Origin: the human T2T-CHM13v2.0 reference genome, Homo sapiens
Length of the DNA stretch: 64,000 nucleotides
Strand: one strand, 5' to 3'
Assembly (NCBI RefSeq): GCF_009914755.1
Contig: NC_060926.1
Positions within the stretch are counted from its first letter, which is position 1. The number at the start of each line of letters is the position of its first letter. The notes below the pieces were generated by a model that saw only the letters and a program-made list of their open reading frames with translations, was not told the origin of the DNA and made no database searches. The position numbers were made by a program, and so were the translations under genes. This document shows, one piece after another, positions 26,654-38,726 of the stretch.

Positions 26654-27570
26654 TGCAGCAAGGTTGATATTCGAAAATCTACCCTTCAATCTGTCTTATT
26701 AGCTAAGAGTGCAAGCTAATTTACAGTTGACCAAGAACGGCTTCTTTATAGCACAACCTCATGAAAACTTATTAACCTGGCTTTTTATCTGTATATATAC
26801 TATACTACAAAATATCTGAAAATACATAGTTATTTCCTACAGGCATTGTAATTTCTTTCTCCTTTGAATTTCAGCTAAAACTCTTTAACGTGTTTGCACT
26901 ATAGGTTGGTTTCTTCTTATATGTAGGTATTTTTCTGCCACATCATTGTTTTTATTTGATTGCTTTTATTTTGATATTCCAAACATCCTATTTACCAATT
27001 TTTCACACTTGTGATATTAAGATGCATTTTAATATATTTTAGAAAGTATATATAGACATACGTACATCACTATTTCCTGTCTGTTTCCTTGTTAATTTCT
27101 CCAACAGTGACATGAAACCCTTTAACAACAGATTTTCTTATGTCCTACCTAGCGTTCTTCATATTAGCTATTTCCTTCTCTTTCCTCCTCGAATTTCAGG
27201 TAAACACTGCCAGTGACCTGCCCAAAACATTTTTCCTTGATTTTGCAAGCTGTGCTATATTCGTTGCTCATGAGTCTTAAAACCATAAACCAAGACCACA
27301 AATAATGAAACACTGCTTCAATTATTGGCTTTTCGAATTTCTTTCTCCTCTTAAAGCATGATCTTAAACTGAAAAACAAAATAGAGGAAACTCTTCTGCT
27401 CCTTTAGTTTTTTCCCTGGACTTCATAATCATAAATGAGGTATTTTTATGTTGTGATTTACTACTATGAAACTGAGGGAAAGCAGGTACTATTATAAAGG
27501 ATTGGTGAGTTTTAATGGACCCTATATTACATCTCCATCCAGGAAAACAGCATACCATTTCAGTAAACAT

Positions 27571-27622
27571 AATGTTTATTAAACAATAAGCAATGTTTAT
27601 TAAATAATAAGCAATGTTTATA
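27571..27622 (+). repeat. 21-bp tandem repeat, ~2.4 copies (AATGTTTATTAAAYAATAAGC)
   Basis: Read directly. Confidence 0.9.
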
Positions 27623-27799
27623 CAGTCCATTCCTTGTAGAGAGCCTCTATTAATGCATCCCTCTTCCTAAGATACCAACAATTTTCGTTGAACTATTTTG
27701 CCTGTAAACCATCCTCATCATTCTGTTAAAAAATATTAAATTGTATACCTTCATATAATTTGAAATCAGCATCCAGGAATGCAATTTCATAGCTTTTCC

Positions 27800-28035
27800 A
27801 TAACTTCTTGCCTTGATCTATTTTTCCATACCAGTTGTCATCTCCTAATGTTCTATATTATTAATGCATTATTATTATTATTTTCTGTATCCTCTTGCTA
27901 AAATTCAAGGTCCATAAAAACTGTAACTTTAATGTGTTTTATCTCATTGATATATTTATTTCAAGCATCTAAGATACATCTAAGGCATGGTAGGGGCTTA
28001 ATATACATTTTTTAAATGAATTAATGAACAAATAA
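27800..28035 (+). mobile_element. L2 3' end
   Basis: GGCATGGTAGGGGCTTAATATACATTTTTTAAATGAATTAATGAA tail. Confidence 0.7.
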
Positions 28036-29419
28036 AATAATGCAGTGGTACATAGTTTCCTTTCCTTTTCTCTTTCTCCTGTATACTATCTTATCCTATT
28101 TGACAAATTCTAGTCCTGAGTTTGCTTTTTGCATTTTTCACGTCCCCATTTTCTAGACGAAAATAGTAACATATGCTTATCTAACACTCACATAAATTTT
28201 AACACTCCCCAAACCCTTTATTCTCCTATTTATGGCTACCTTATGGATTATTTTCTGTCATCCTCTCAAATAAGCTAGAGTATCCAGATAGCAGCATACC
28301 TTAACTTTTCCATCTAGAAAGGTGAACTTGCATGTAAAGAACTTATTGATGACCATGTCAATGAGACAGATACATAGCATACATATTATGCTGACCTCTA
28401 GGACAATTTTTGTTGTTGTTGTTGTGTGTGTTTTTTTCTTTGCCAGAAACCGAAATGTAGTGCTCTGTGTTTCCAATCACCTCCAAAATGCCCATTGCAA
28501 AATATTATTTTTTATTCTGTTCACGGGAACTGGTAGGATTTTAGTATTTAAGCCTTTATGACTGCAGTACTAAAATAAATGGTCCTATAAAGAACTGAAA
28601 GAATAAGTTATCTCTAGGTTCTTAGCTCATTGCCAAGAGAGACTTGGAATCAAAGAAACACAGCATGAGACTTGCATATCCTTAAGGACTCAACAGTTGA
28701 GATGAGATTCCAGATTCCGCTGCTCCTGACTCTTTTGGTTGATCCCTAGACCATGCTTCATGGTATGATAGAAGTAGGAATTAACTTTTATCTATAGGGA
28801 AATAATATTTTTATAGCTGTTCACAATCTTCCCTGTAAAACTGCCAATTTTACAAATGTTGTTGGCAACAGAAACATAAGTTACACTGCCTCATAATAAC
28901 CCTAAATGCAGCACAATAAAAACAAACACCCATGCCCTGTTCTTTACAGAGATTATTATTTCTTGATTCAAACTGGCATAGGCTAATATTTTTATTGGTT
29001 AGATTTATGTTCTTCCCCTTGTCTGCCTGCCTTCTTGCCTCTTGCGAGCACATAAGAACATCTATCTTCATGACCATCAGAGCATTAATAACATTGCCGG
29101 TATGACCCCAAAGGAGCATCCAGCTGTAACATCTGCTTCCCTGTTTATTTTCATACTTATTTAATTGCAAATCCCCCCCAGCACACACACATCTTTAAAG
29201 AGTATCCCCCAAAGAGTAAACACACTAAGTATGTGCACGTGCCACTGATGAGTAAGAACTTTCCCATTTAAGAACCATCTCAGTTTTCAAAGACGTTTTC
29301 AAATATTAGCCTTAGTGAGTATATTATTTATGGTAATGCTATTTATAGGACCATTTCACCCATTATGAAACTAGGAACATGTCTATTAACACCTAAGCAT
29401 TTTACCTTCTGAGATATCA

Positions 29420-29620
29420 GATGAGGCATGTAAATAAAGTCTGGAGCCAAACTCTCTGGGTTCAGGGCATGATGCTGAAACTTACTAGTCTTATGACGCG
29501 TAGGTAGGTTACTGAAACTCAGGATATCTTCAGCTTCACAGACTAATTTATAAAAATGGTTGTGGTGATTAGATATATTATTATCTGTAAAGATCTTGAC
29601 AACAGCTCTGATGCTATTTT
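29420..29620 (+). mobile_element. MIR
   Basis: TCTGGAGCCAAACTCTCTGGGTTCA...ACTTACTAGTCTTATGAC...GGTTGTGGTGATTAGAT. Confidence 0.7.
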
Positions 29621-29924
29621 CAATACTAGGCCTTGACTGATCCAGTGTCCTAGGAATATGGCAATGGTGACATATAGTGCTCCTCTAGTTCTTCTCTCCA
29701 AGCCTTAGGAAACTCCACCTGCCTTTGTCCTTATTCTAGCTCTGGGGAACTAGAAATGCTAAATGAATAAGCAAAGGCCAGGAAGGAACCTAATTTATTT
29801 TTAACATTAATTTGTAAAAGTTAAAAGTTAGAGCTTATGATACAGCAAAAGTTTTACAACGGTCATTTCTAAAACCTGAAAGACAGCAAATCATTTTTCT
29901 ATATGGAAGAAAAATACATAGAAA

Positions 29925-29956
29925 TATAGGGCTTAACTATTATAGGGCTTAACTAT
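29925..29956 (+). repeat. Perfect 16-bp tandem duplication TATAGGGCTTAACTAT x2
   Basis: Read directly. Confidence 0.95.
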
Positions 29957-30616
29957 TTTTACATATGAAAGTCAAGTTGATATTTTTAAAAATAGTAATG
30001 TGGCAGGAGCAGAGCTTTTCTATGGCTCTATTTGGAGCAACACCTTCCTTTTCGTTTAGGCTGTTGCCTAGCAAGATGGAGCCCAAGCAGGCACTTAGCG
30101 GGTTTTGCAAGACAACCATTTACTGCATAGATATGCGATGCCAACAGGGTGGAGGATTTACCTAGAGATATTTTTTTTAATTCCAAAGAAATTTTCAAGC
30201 TTCTTTCTCAAAACTACCTGATTGACAAAGTTTTACTGAATATCTTTTGTAAAAAAGAGTTTCTTTCTTTAGACTTCATTCACAGCCTTTTGACATGAAA
30301 ATAACATATGAATATAGCTTCTGTTTTTTTGAAAAACAAGACTTCTGTTATAAAAATGATATGTGCTTAATACAAAAAAATGAAATCATGCATGACAGGA
30401 CAGTCAAGAGAAGAAAGCTTAAGCCAAAATCAAGTCACCCTGAAGGAAGTGCTGTTAGCGTTTGGTGTCCATGGCCTCAGACATGCCCATATGCCTAAAA
30501 ACAAAGCCAAAAATATGAGAAAGAAGAAAGAAAAAGGGTAGAAAAACAGACTGTGGAATCATTTTTATAAGAGATTAACTTATTTCTCTCATGCTTAGAT
30601 GAAGAAATTAAACTAT

Positions 30617-30710
30617 CCCCATGACACAAGTTTATGTATGTAACAAGCCTACACTTGTACCCTTGAACTTAAAATAAGAGTTAAATTAAAAAATAAAACA
30701 ATAAAAAAAA
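30617..30710 (+). mobile_element. Short L1PA13-16-type 3' terminus (duplication copy 1)
   Basis: CCCCATGACACAAGTTTA..TATGTAACAAGCCTACACTTGTACCCTTGAACTTAAAATAA plus A tail. Confidence 0.88.
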
Positions 30711-30997
30711 GCTGCTGTAAACAAACAAAAAAAAAGAAACTAGAATTTGGGGTAAATTTTAGATAATATTTCTTTACCATAGACATATTATTTGCTGAAA
30801 TATTGATCAAATCACCCTGAAGGTAGTGCTGTTAGCATTTGTTGTAGATGGTCTCAGACACGCCCATATACCTAGGGACAAAGTCAAGAATAAGAGAAAG
30901 AAGAAAGAAAAAGGGTAGAAAAACAGATTCAGACTACGACATTATTTTATGAGATATTAACTTATTTCTCTCATGTTTAGATGAAGAAAATAAACTA

Positions 30998-31085
30998 CCC
31001 CATGACACAAGCTTACTTATGTAACAAACTTGCACTTGTACTCCTGAACTTAAAAGTTAAAATAAAAAATTAAAAAATAAACAAA
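30998..31085 (+). mobile_element. Short L1PA13-16-type 3' terminus (duplication copy 2)
   Basis: CCCCATGACACAAGCTTACTTATGTAACAAACTTGCACTTGTACTCCTGAACTTAAAAGTT plus A tail. Confidence 0.88.
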
Positions 31086-31239
31086 GCTGCTATAAACAAA
31101 TAAAAAAAGGAATGAAACTAACATTTGCAGTAATTTTTAGATAATATTTCTTTACTATACATATTGTTTTCTGAAATATTGGTCAAGAGTCATAAAAATT
31201 AATAAAATGAAAATATTGGAATGATTAAAAAACTGGTTC

Positions 31240-31800
31240 TCCATTTCAATGGGTTAAATACTTAGCTCCCAACTCTTTTCCTCAAAGTTCCTCTTGCCCT
31301 GAGCATTTTGTAGAGATTCAGATCTGCTTTTACGCTGCATTTTATCATCCAGTAGTTTTATTACTTTTAAAAATGACTGGACTTTTTCTATAATGCATTT
31401 AAGAATGTATTTTGCTTCCTTTCCAGATGAATGGCAGCTGGGAGAATATGATCTTCTTGGGCCATCCTTGTAGACGTTATTCCAGAAGTCTATTATATAG
31501 GCCTCTAGAATTGTGGTTTATTGTGAAGAAGACTGAGACCAGCTTGATTTTTCCTCATATGTGATTTTCTCTTCTACCTGAGTGCATGTTTTATTTCATT
31601 CCTGAGATTCAGAGACAAGGGGCCTTATAACAACCTTTACCAAAGAATCTCCAGCATCCCTCTTAGCTTTGCAGCTCTGTTCTCACCTTTACTTCTCCTT
31701 TGTTTCTGTAATTTCATTTATGCAATATTTCTCTTTTTTCTACAAGTCTTCTGCTCCTTTTCAGCTTGTTGTTGTTATTCCTATTTGAGGCATAGTGACG
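31240..31800 (-). mobile_element. Ancient L1M ORF1 / HAL1-like fragment
   Basis: GCTGGGAGAATATGATCTTCTTGGG...GTGAAGAAGACTGAGACCAGCTTGATTTTT resembles antisense ORF1. Confidence 0.5.
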
Positions 31801-32618
31801 AGTTCAAATCACTTGCTTGATTTGCACATATATGAGATAATGAGTATTCACTGGACTGTATTTAGTGTTTCTGGATGTAATCATGTGTTTCCTGTTTACT
31901 TCACAATATTGGCACTTCTAGGTGAAAAGGTGCTATGAGAGGCAACGGATAAATAAAGAAACATTAGAAGCCAGTACTTACTGTACAAAACCAGAGTCAC
32001 TTGAATAATTGTCAGAAACACATGCTACGTAAAATGAGGTCAGTTTGAAGAGCATCACTTGCCAAAGACAACTTCTTTGATAACATCTCTTCTTCAGCAA
32101 ACCCTCCCCACAACATAATTTCTGTGATTTTGAAAATTCCTCCATGGTTATCTCCAAGGGCTCTTTCCCAGTTCACCACAAAAGGAAAATTGGTCTTTTC
32201 CTCTCATTCATCCAGCTCAGTACTTTTACCCCTGCTATTGTCTAAGAATAATTCATTTTCTTAGAAAAGATGCCAATTCAGGTCATCCATAATTTGAGAG
32301 CTCAGCAATAGGCTGAATAGAATAGTCAATGGCAGAGGCATTTGAGCTTCCAAAGGCTTTATATAAAATAATAGTTTTCTTAGAAAAAGAAACATGTCCA
32401 TCTTCTTTTTATTTACCTACTATTGTTTCCCATTTTCTTCAGACAAAAGCAGTTTTATTTGTAACATGCAGTCATTTTTAAAACAGGAACTTGCAGAAGT
32501 TATAGGTCAAATTTAGAGGCTGTATTCACAAAACAGACAAACAACATATTATGGGACCCTTATAAAAACTTAATTCTCTACTCAGCATATGCTTATAGAT
32601 TGCTAAATATTTATGGTG

Positions 32619-32621
<3 letters not shown>

Positions 32622-32652
<31 letters not shown>
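32622..32652 (+). repeat. (CA)n microsatellite
   Basis: Read directly. Confidence 0.95.
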
Positions 32653-32656
<4 letters not shown>

Positions 32657-33249
32657 CCCCATCAATGACCTAAATGTGACACAAATAATAATACAAGAAT
32701 ATCTGTGATAAGAGTCAAAGTAAAGCACAGATGCAATTCTCTAAGAGCTTCAACAAGAGCCCACTTTTGTTTACAAGGAATTATAAAAGGCTTCATCAAA
32801 GACTTGACAGATGGAGAGTGGAAGACAGAATCAGAGACTAACAGAAGCAAAGACCTAGAGGCAGGCTATTGCACTGGATGTATACCCAGTCTCCCAGGAA
32901 ATATTCTATTTGATGATAGCTGTGACCCCTTAAAGTTCTTGAAGGTACAGCAATTGCACACACATCAGTAGTTTTACAAGTCTTGCCAGTAACAAATAAT
33001 ACAAAGTTGAATTGCAGTAGCTATATTTTACCAGGTCACTGATTTAGAGGAGAAGGTCAAGATCAACCATGGACTACACATATAGAACAGTCAAGTGTAT
33101 GTTCAGAGATCCTCCAGTCACTCATCTTTTATAAGCACCACACAACATATGCTTGTCTATAATCCTAAACTTTAAGGTTATTTTCCAGCAACTTCATACG
33201 CCATCTCACCTCCCAGACACCCAATGTCCCAAATTATGGTTGATCTCCA

Positions 33250-33510
33250 TCAAGGGGCTCCCTCTATAAATTTGCTATGTCCCAAAGCTACTTTTTAAGC
33301 ACTATGTGACTTCATTATTGCTGTGTTCCTAGAGCCTGAAAGACAGTGAATACGCCAATAAATAGTTGTTGAATGAATAAAAAATTAATAGATTGATTGG
33401 CAGCCTATATGGCAAACAGAAAAGGAATTATCATGTCCATTTTATAGATAAGGTTTCAGAGACAAAGCGGGGTTAAATGGATTACCCAATATCATAAAGT
33501 CAACCCTTCT
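33250..33510. mobile_element. L2 3' tail (+) followed by MIR fragment (-)
   Basis: CAATAAATAGTTGTTGAATGAATAAA; TCCATTTTATAGATAAGG..CAGAGAC. Confidence 0.6.
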
Positions 33511-33559
33511 GATTATCTAACCTTCCATGAGGCATGGCTTTTACCCAAATAATGATTAA

Positions 33560-33900
33560 ATAGGCCCGGGGTGGAGGTTGCTTTCAGATAATGTTGGATA
33601 AGGAGGGCTTCTTTGTTATCAAGATTCCAGTTCCTCCCCACTGTTCATAGACTGTATCCTCCTCCATGTGTCAGTTTCATCCTGGGGTTTGGTTTCTCCA
33701 TTGCAGCAAAAATGGGCTGTAATAGTTTTATTTTATATTTATATAAACACAAGGCCACCCTGAAATGGAGGGCTTCTCTACTTCAGAGTATCAAGCAAAA
33801 GTCCTTGGCTTCACACTCATCAAAAGTATTTAAGTTATATACCCTGCTGGAATCAATCCCTGTGGCGAGGGAGTTGAACTAGGCAATTCGTTGTCCACCC
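33560..33900 (-). mobile_element. MLT1K-like MaLR LTR fragment
   Basis: TCCTCCATGTGTCAGTTTCATCCT...GCAGCAAAAATGGGCTG...GAATCAATCCCTGTGGCGAGGG. Confidence 0.6.
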
Positions 33901-33942
33901 AGGATGCACACATCACGGGGTACATGTGAGGAGGTAACTAAC

Positions 33943-34072
33943 TAGGGTGAGCAACTCTTCCCAGTTTTCCTGCTGCTTAAACAGCTTTAGCACTGATAGT
34001 TCTATGTCCTAGAAACCCCTCATCTGGGGAAACTCCTCAGTCTCAGGCAAACCAATATGTTTGGTCACCATA
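33943..34072 (+). mobile_element. MER81 hAT-Blackjack MITE
   Basis: TIRs TAGGGTGAGCAA...TTGGTCACCATA; internal TTTAGCACTGA..AGT and CCTCAGTCTCAGGCAAACC. Confidence 0.8.
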
Positions 34073-36169
34073 AAACCACTATCATAGACATGAAAATCAG
34101 CTGTCCCTCAAACCCATTCTCAGGTCTAGCTATCAGGAAGTTGATTTAAATAAATGAATATATATATTAATGAAAACATATATATATATATATATATTTC
34201 TACTTTTTCACAATATACATCCTTCACAGAAACCATTGAGTTTTTTTCTATTGTAAAATTTCAAGCTCTATAAAGAATTTTGTTTTAATTTTTTAATCTC
34301 TCTTAAATGTGCAATTTATAGTTTTCATGATTTCTAATATTATTGGACAGAATTTTCCGTTCTATCAGTGGTATTCCTAACCCTTCTTTAGAGTCAGAGC
34401 TTTTCGATAGTCATCCCCCAAAACATGAGATCCTATAGAGGGTGTTGGTACATTTCAAAGCTTTAGAGATGCTTTCTAAGCTACTCCTCAAATCTTTAGT
34501 GAGGTGAGAGCTAGAAGAATCTGTCTCCTGAGAAGAATCAGTTTTTACCTGTAAGAAAGAAAGAAGGCCTTTAATAACAATTTTATTTAGAGCAATGTGT
34601 TTTATTATTTTTTGTTCATATTGATGTATGGCAGATAACATCCTGGTTAGTTTCTTAATCCCTTTCAGTTTATTCTTCATACTGTTTGCAAATATTTAAC
34701 TAGTACCCCAGATGGATTTATAAAACAACAAGTTTTACCATAACTTTAACTTCTCTTCTATTATCTATTTGGCTTTCACTGTGTCTAAATTTGTGATAGT
34801 AAGACTCAGAATTTGCACAACTGTGTCAAAACAACAAATAATGTCAGTGTAAATGTTAAGCTATTTGGTTATTATAGTGTAAAACAGAAAGGAATAATTT
34901 AGTGTATTTGACAGCTTTCACTTGTTAATTTTAAGGATGGTTTGTAGAATCTCTAGGAAGTCCTGTTATAAAGGAAGATTTTGGGGTCCTGACCTAGACT
35001 TTTAAACTGAGTAGCTTAGAGTGGTAAAGATCGTGCCATCTGCTTTGAACAAAGATCCAGAAACTAATTGATCATCGAAATCATCTTTAATGCATTTTAA
35101 AATGCAGATAACAGGCCCTAGCTCCAGAGACTCGATTCTAAAATTTGTAGAAAGACCAGGAAATATATAGTTTTGAAAGAGTCTGAAATGAAACTAGTGA
35201 AATACCACCATAGTAGAAGCTTGAATTAAATTCGTTTGGTAAACAAAAACAGTGGGCAACATTAGACAGCTGGCTGCTTATGGGATCTCATTGTGGCATA
35301 TTGTGAAAAAAATAGCAAAAATATTGCTTTTGGAATATAGTTACAAAGCTGTTATCAATGAGTGTTAATATGATAAGTGGCATGGCAGCTTCTTTTGCAA
35401 TACATTTTTGTCAGAGTAGATTATTTCTCCTCGAAGCCCAAAGTCATTGGAAGTAAATCCCATTATAACACAGGGTTTGTTTTCCCCCTGGTACATATCG
35501 GCCAAGGACATTTTCTGGTCAAGAATTCATGCAGTAGCTTTGCTATATCCACACAGGAAATGGCTGTGACCTTTCTGGCCCATAAGGTTATACATTTTGA
35601 CAGGCGGCACAGAGCCAATCCCTCCAACCACACAGCACAGACGACCGCACACTGTTCTCCTGAGGCATGCTGTTAGTCATGTTGTCTAATCACATTCAGC
35701 AGGTCTGGAGCGGAACATTGTTCAGAATATCAGAAAGGCAGAAATGCTATGTTGCTGATTCAATGGAAATTGCCAGCAAGAAGCAATGTTCATAGCTGCC
35801 TGGTTATTTAATGTATCTGAAATCACTTCTAGAAATGTCATCCCTTTCTGTCTCTGTCACCTTCCACCACATCCAACTCCAGCCCAAATATTTTATTTGT
35901 CAAAAACTAAGAGACTCATATTAAAAAATTAGATGCCTTCTCTGGTCCACATTAAATACATAAAAGTGAATCACAGTCCCTATCTTAAGAAGCTTATAGT
36001 CTTACAGTCTTACTTGGAGTACCAACACTAATTTATTTCATATAGATGATGACTGTAGCCTCCAGATGCCACTGGCTTCTTTATTTACTAATATTATCTC
36101 TTTTTTCCCAATGTCAGAGACAAAGCATCTCTCCTTCACCAGAAACTCTCTTTCTCTCTTTCTACCTAA

Positions 36170-36200
36170 CACACAAACACACACACACACACACACACAC
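36170..36200 (+). repeat. (CA)n microsatellite
   Basis: Read directly. Confidence 0.92.
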
Positions 36201-37163
36201 AAAACCTACTTGTAATTGCCTCATAAATTACAGTAGTTCAGCTACAATCCTGATGATTCAAAGAGTGATATAGAGGGACCACATCACAGATTGAAAAACT
36301 TCTCTTTCTCAAATTGTCCCCCTTATTATCTCTGTCCTCTCTTTGTCTCCCTCTCCCTCTTTATTTTTCAGGAACAATATAAGTTCATTTCCTGATCAAA
36401 GCCATTTAGTTAGACATGGGTTCTATCAAATTTCAACCTCTTTTCTAAGTTACTTATAAAAATATTTATTAGAAAGAAATACAGTTTTCTTCCCAGGGGA
36501 AATCTAGTAAATAAAACTGATTTACTTTCTATTTACGAAACAACACTGAAAAACATGAGAATATGCTTCAGTGCTAAACTGTGAAGTAGAATAAAAGTGT
36601 GATGTAGTGTTAAGAGACTGAAAAGAAGAGAGATGTTTGGAGTATTTAAGGATTTGATGAAGTGCCCTTCCAATGGGGTCCTGAGCACTTTGTGGTTCAA
36701 GAAATCAAGACTTATATTATACAATAACTGTAGGTTTACTTGGTTTTCTCTCCATTAAAATATATGTTCACTGAAGACAGACTCTGCCTAGAGAGTTAGT
36801 ATTTTATATCACCAACAATCCTAAACCTTATATGTAGTATAAGCGTCATTTCTGGCACTTGCCCATTCAGAGTGTCATAAAGTACCTAGGTTTCTCATAT
36901 TAAAGCATAGTTGCTCTCTCATTTACTTTTTTCCGTTTTTTTCTTTTGTTTCTTTGTCTTTCTGAGTTTCTTACCCCATTTTCTACCAAACAAGGCATTA
37001 TATATTGCATAGGCCTATTAAATCAAGTGCAAATATTTGAAAAACTACTTAGAAAAAGGTACTAGGGTCCTAAAACATAGACCTTCCTGGGGTGATTTGC
37101 AAAAGCATTAGAACTGAAACAATTTCAGTAATGACAGTAAGATTAAAATACTGTAGAGAGTTG

Positions 37164-37517
37164 TGAATGTTCACTGCAGCACTATTTACTATAGCAAAGA
37201 CATGGAATCAACCTATATGCCCATCAATGACAGATTGGTTAAAGAAAATGTGGTTCATATGCACCATGGAATATTATGCAGCCATAATAAAAGAATGAGA
37301 CCATGTCTTTTTCAGGAACATGGATGTAGCTGGAGGCTATCACTCTTAGTAAACTAATGCAGGAACAGAAAACTAAACACTGCATGTTCTTACTTATGAG
37401 TGGGAGCTAAATGATAGGAACTTATGAACACAAAGAAGGAAACAACAGACACAGGGATCCACTTGAGCAGGGACGGTGAGAGGAGGAACAGGAGCAGAAG
37501 AGATAAAAAAAAAAAAA
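37164..37517 (+). mobile_element. L1PA13-16-type fragment (end of ORF2 and part of 3' UTR) ending in poly-A
   Basis: ATGTTCACTGCAGCACTATTTACTATAGCAAAGACATGGAATCAACC...GAACTTATGAACACAAAGAAGGAAACAACAGACAC...GAGCAGAAGAGAT(A)13. Confidence 0.92.
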
Positions 37518-37733
37518 GATAAAAATGGTCAGAAATTAGAAACAGGCATGTGATGGTAACCTGACCATTGAGACTCAAGGGGGAGCCTACTAGGGAATGC
37601 CAGGTAGGTTTCTCCTCACTCCAAAAAAAAAAAAACAAAACGAAAAGATATTCTATTTCTTTCTCTGATAGTTGTCAAGCATAAAAGTGCTACCTGAAAC
37701 CACTGAAGTCAAAACATTCCGATTGTTACACTT

Positions 37734-38141
37734 TGTATTAGTCCATTCTCCCACTGCTATAAAGAAATACCGAAAACTGGTTAATTTATAAAGAAAAGAG
37801 GTTTAATTGGCTCATGGTTCTTCAGGCTGTACAGGAGGCCTCATGGCATCTGCTTCTGAGGAGTCCTCAGGGAGATTTTACTTATGGCGGAAGACAAAGC
37901 GGGACCAGATGCCTTACATGGTGGGAGCAGGAGCAAGGAAGTAAGAGGAGGTGCTATGCACTTTTAAACAACCAGATCTCATGAGAACTCTATCACCATA
38001 CCACACCAAGGCGGGTGTTGCTAAACTATTCATGAGAACTGTCCCCATGATCCAATCACCTCCTACCAGGACCCACCTCCAACAATGGGGATTGCAATTT
38101 GATGTGAGATTTGGGTGAGGACACAAATCCAAACCATATCA
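37734..38141 (-). mobile_element. Complete MSTA solo LTR
   Basis: TGTATTAGTCCATTCT...GGACACAAATCCAAACCATATCA; degenerate 5-bp TSD CACTT/TACCT. Confidence 0.94.
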
Positions 38142-38259
38142 TACCTCTTATATAAAAACACTTTGGGCTAAAAACTGCTAGGCTACAAACCAATCATGAT
38201 GTGCTCAATCATCCCTTTAAATGAACAAGATGCTCCTAAGGCAATGTGCACAGTGTTAG

Positions 38260-38430
38260 CCATGGGGATGAAGAGATCTGTGTTCTATTTACCAGTAATA
38301 TGACCTTGAGTGAATAATTTAGTCATTTTGACCATCAGTTTTCTCACCTGTAAATAATGAATACTAATATTCAGGAGATATGCTTTGTAGAGTTATTGAG
38401 GTAACTACATGCATTAATGTTTCACTTTGC
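38260..38430 (+). mobile_element. MIR
   Basis: ATGACCTTGAGTGAATAATTTA...CAGTTTTCTCACCTGTAAATAATG. Confidence 0.75.
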
Positions 38431-38654
38431 TACTTAATTCATTAATTAAAATATACTTCATGAAATTCTGCAATAGACAAATATTCTGCTAGGAGCTCAG
38501 AGAAGATTGATGAATAAAATAAAGAGAATCTCTGCTTTCACATTGTTTGTCATCTAGTTCAAGCAAATTTCTCCACATGTTGCCATGTCCTGAATACATA
38601 AAAATGTCTTTGTATGTATTTTGTATCCATTTTATTCACCTAAATATATGTGAC

Positions 38655-38726
38655 TATGATATATATAATACACACACATATCTGTATATGTGTGTATATA
38701 TATGTGTGTGTGTGTATATATATATG
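38655..38726 (+). repeat. Mixed (TA)n/(CA)n/(TG)n low-complexity repeat
   Basis: Read directly. Confidence 0.85.

Larger units (their letters stand above)
30429..31181 (+). repeat. Head-to-tail tandem duplication, ~377-bp unit (30429-30805, 30806-31181)
   Basis: Both copies run from ATCAARTCACCCTGAAGG to CTGAAATATTG; ~15 mismatches in the first ~120 bp by hand alignment. Confidence 0.96.

Noticed and set aside
27571-27622. Short direct repeats as a CRISPR-like array
   Set aside because: No spacers, only ~2.4 copies, eukaryotic context
34411-34570. Minus-strand acceptor CTTTCTTTCTTACAG|GTAAAA with a short open frame
   Set aside because: Weak donor, no partner exons found, peptide unrecognisable
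21506-38141. Two MSTA LTRs as the ends of one provirus
   Set aside because: Opposite orientations, different internal variants and no MST-int between them; independent solo LTRs
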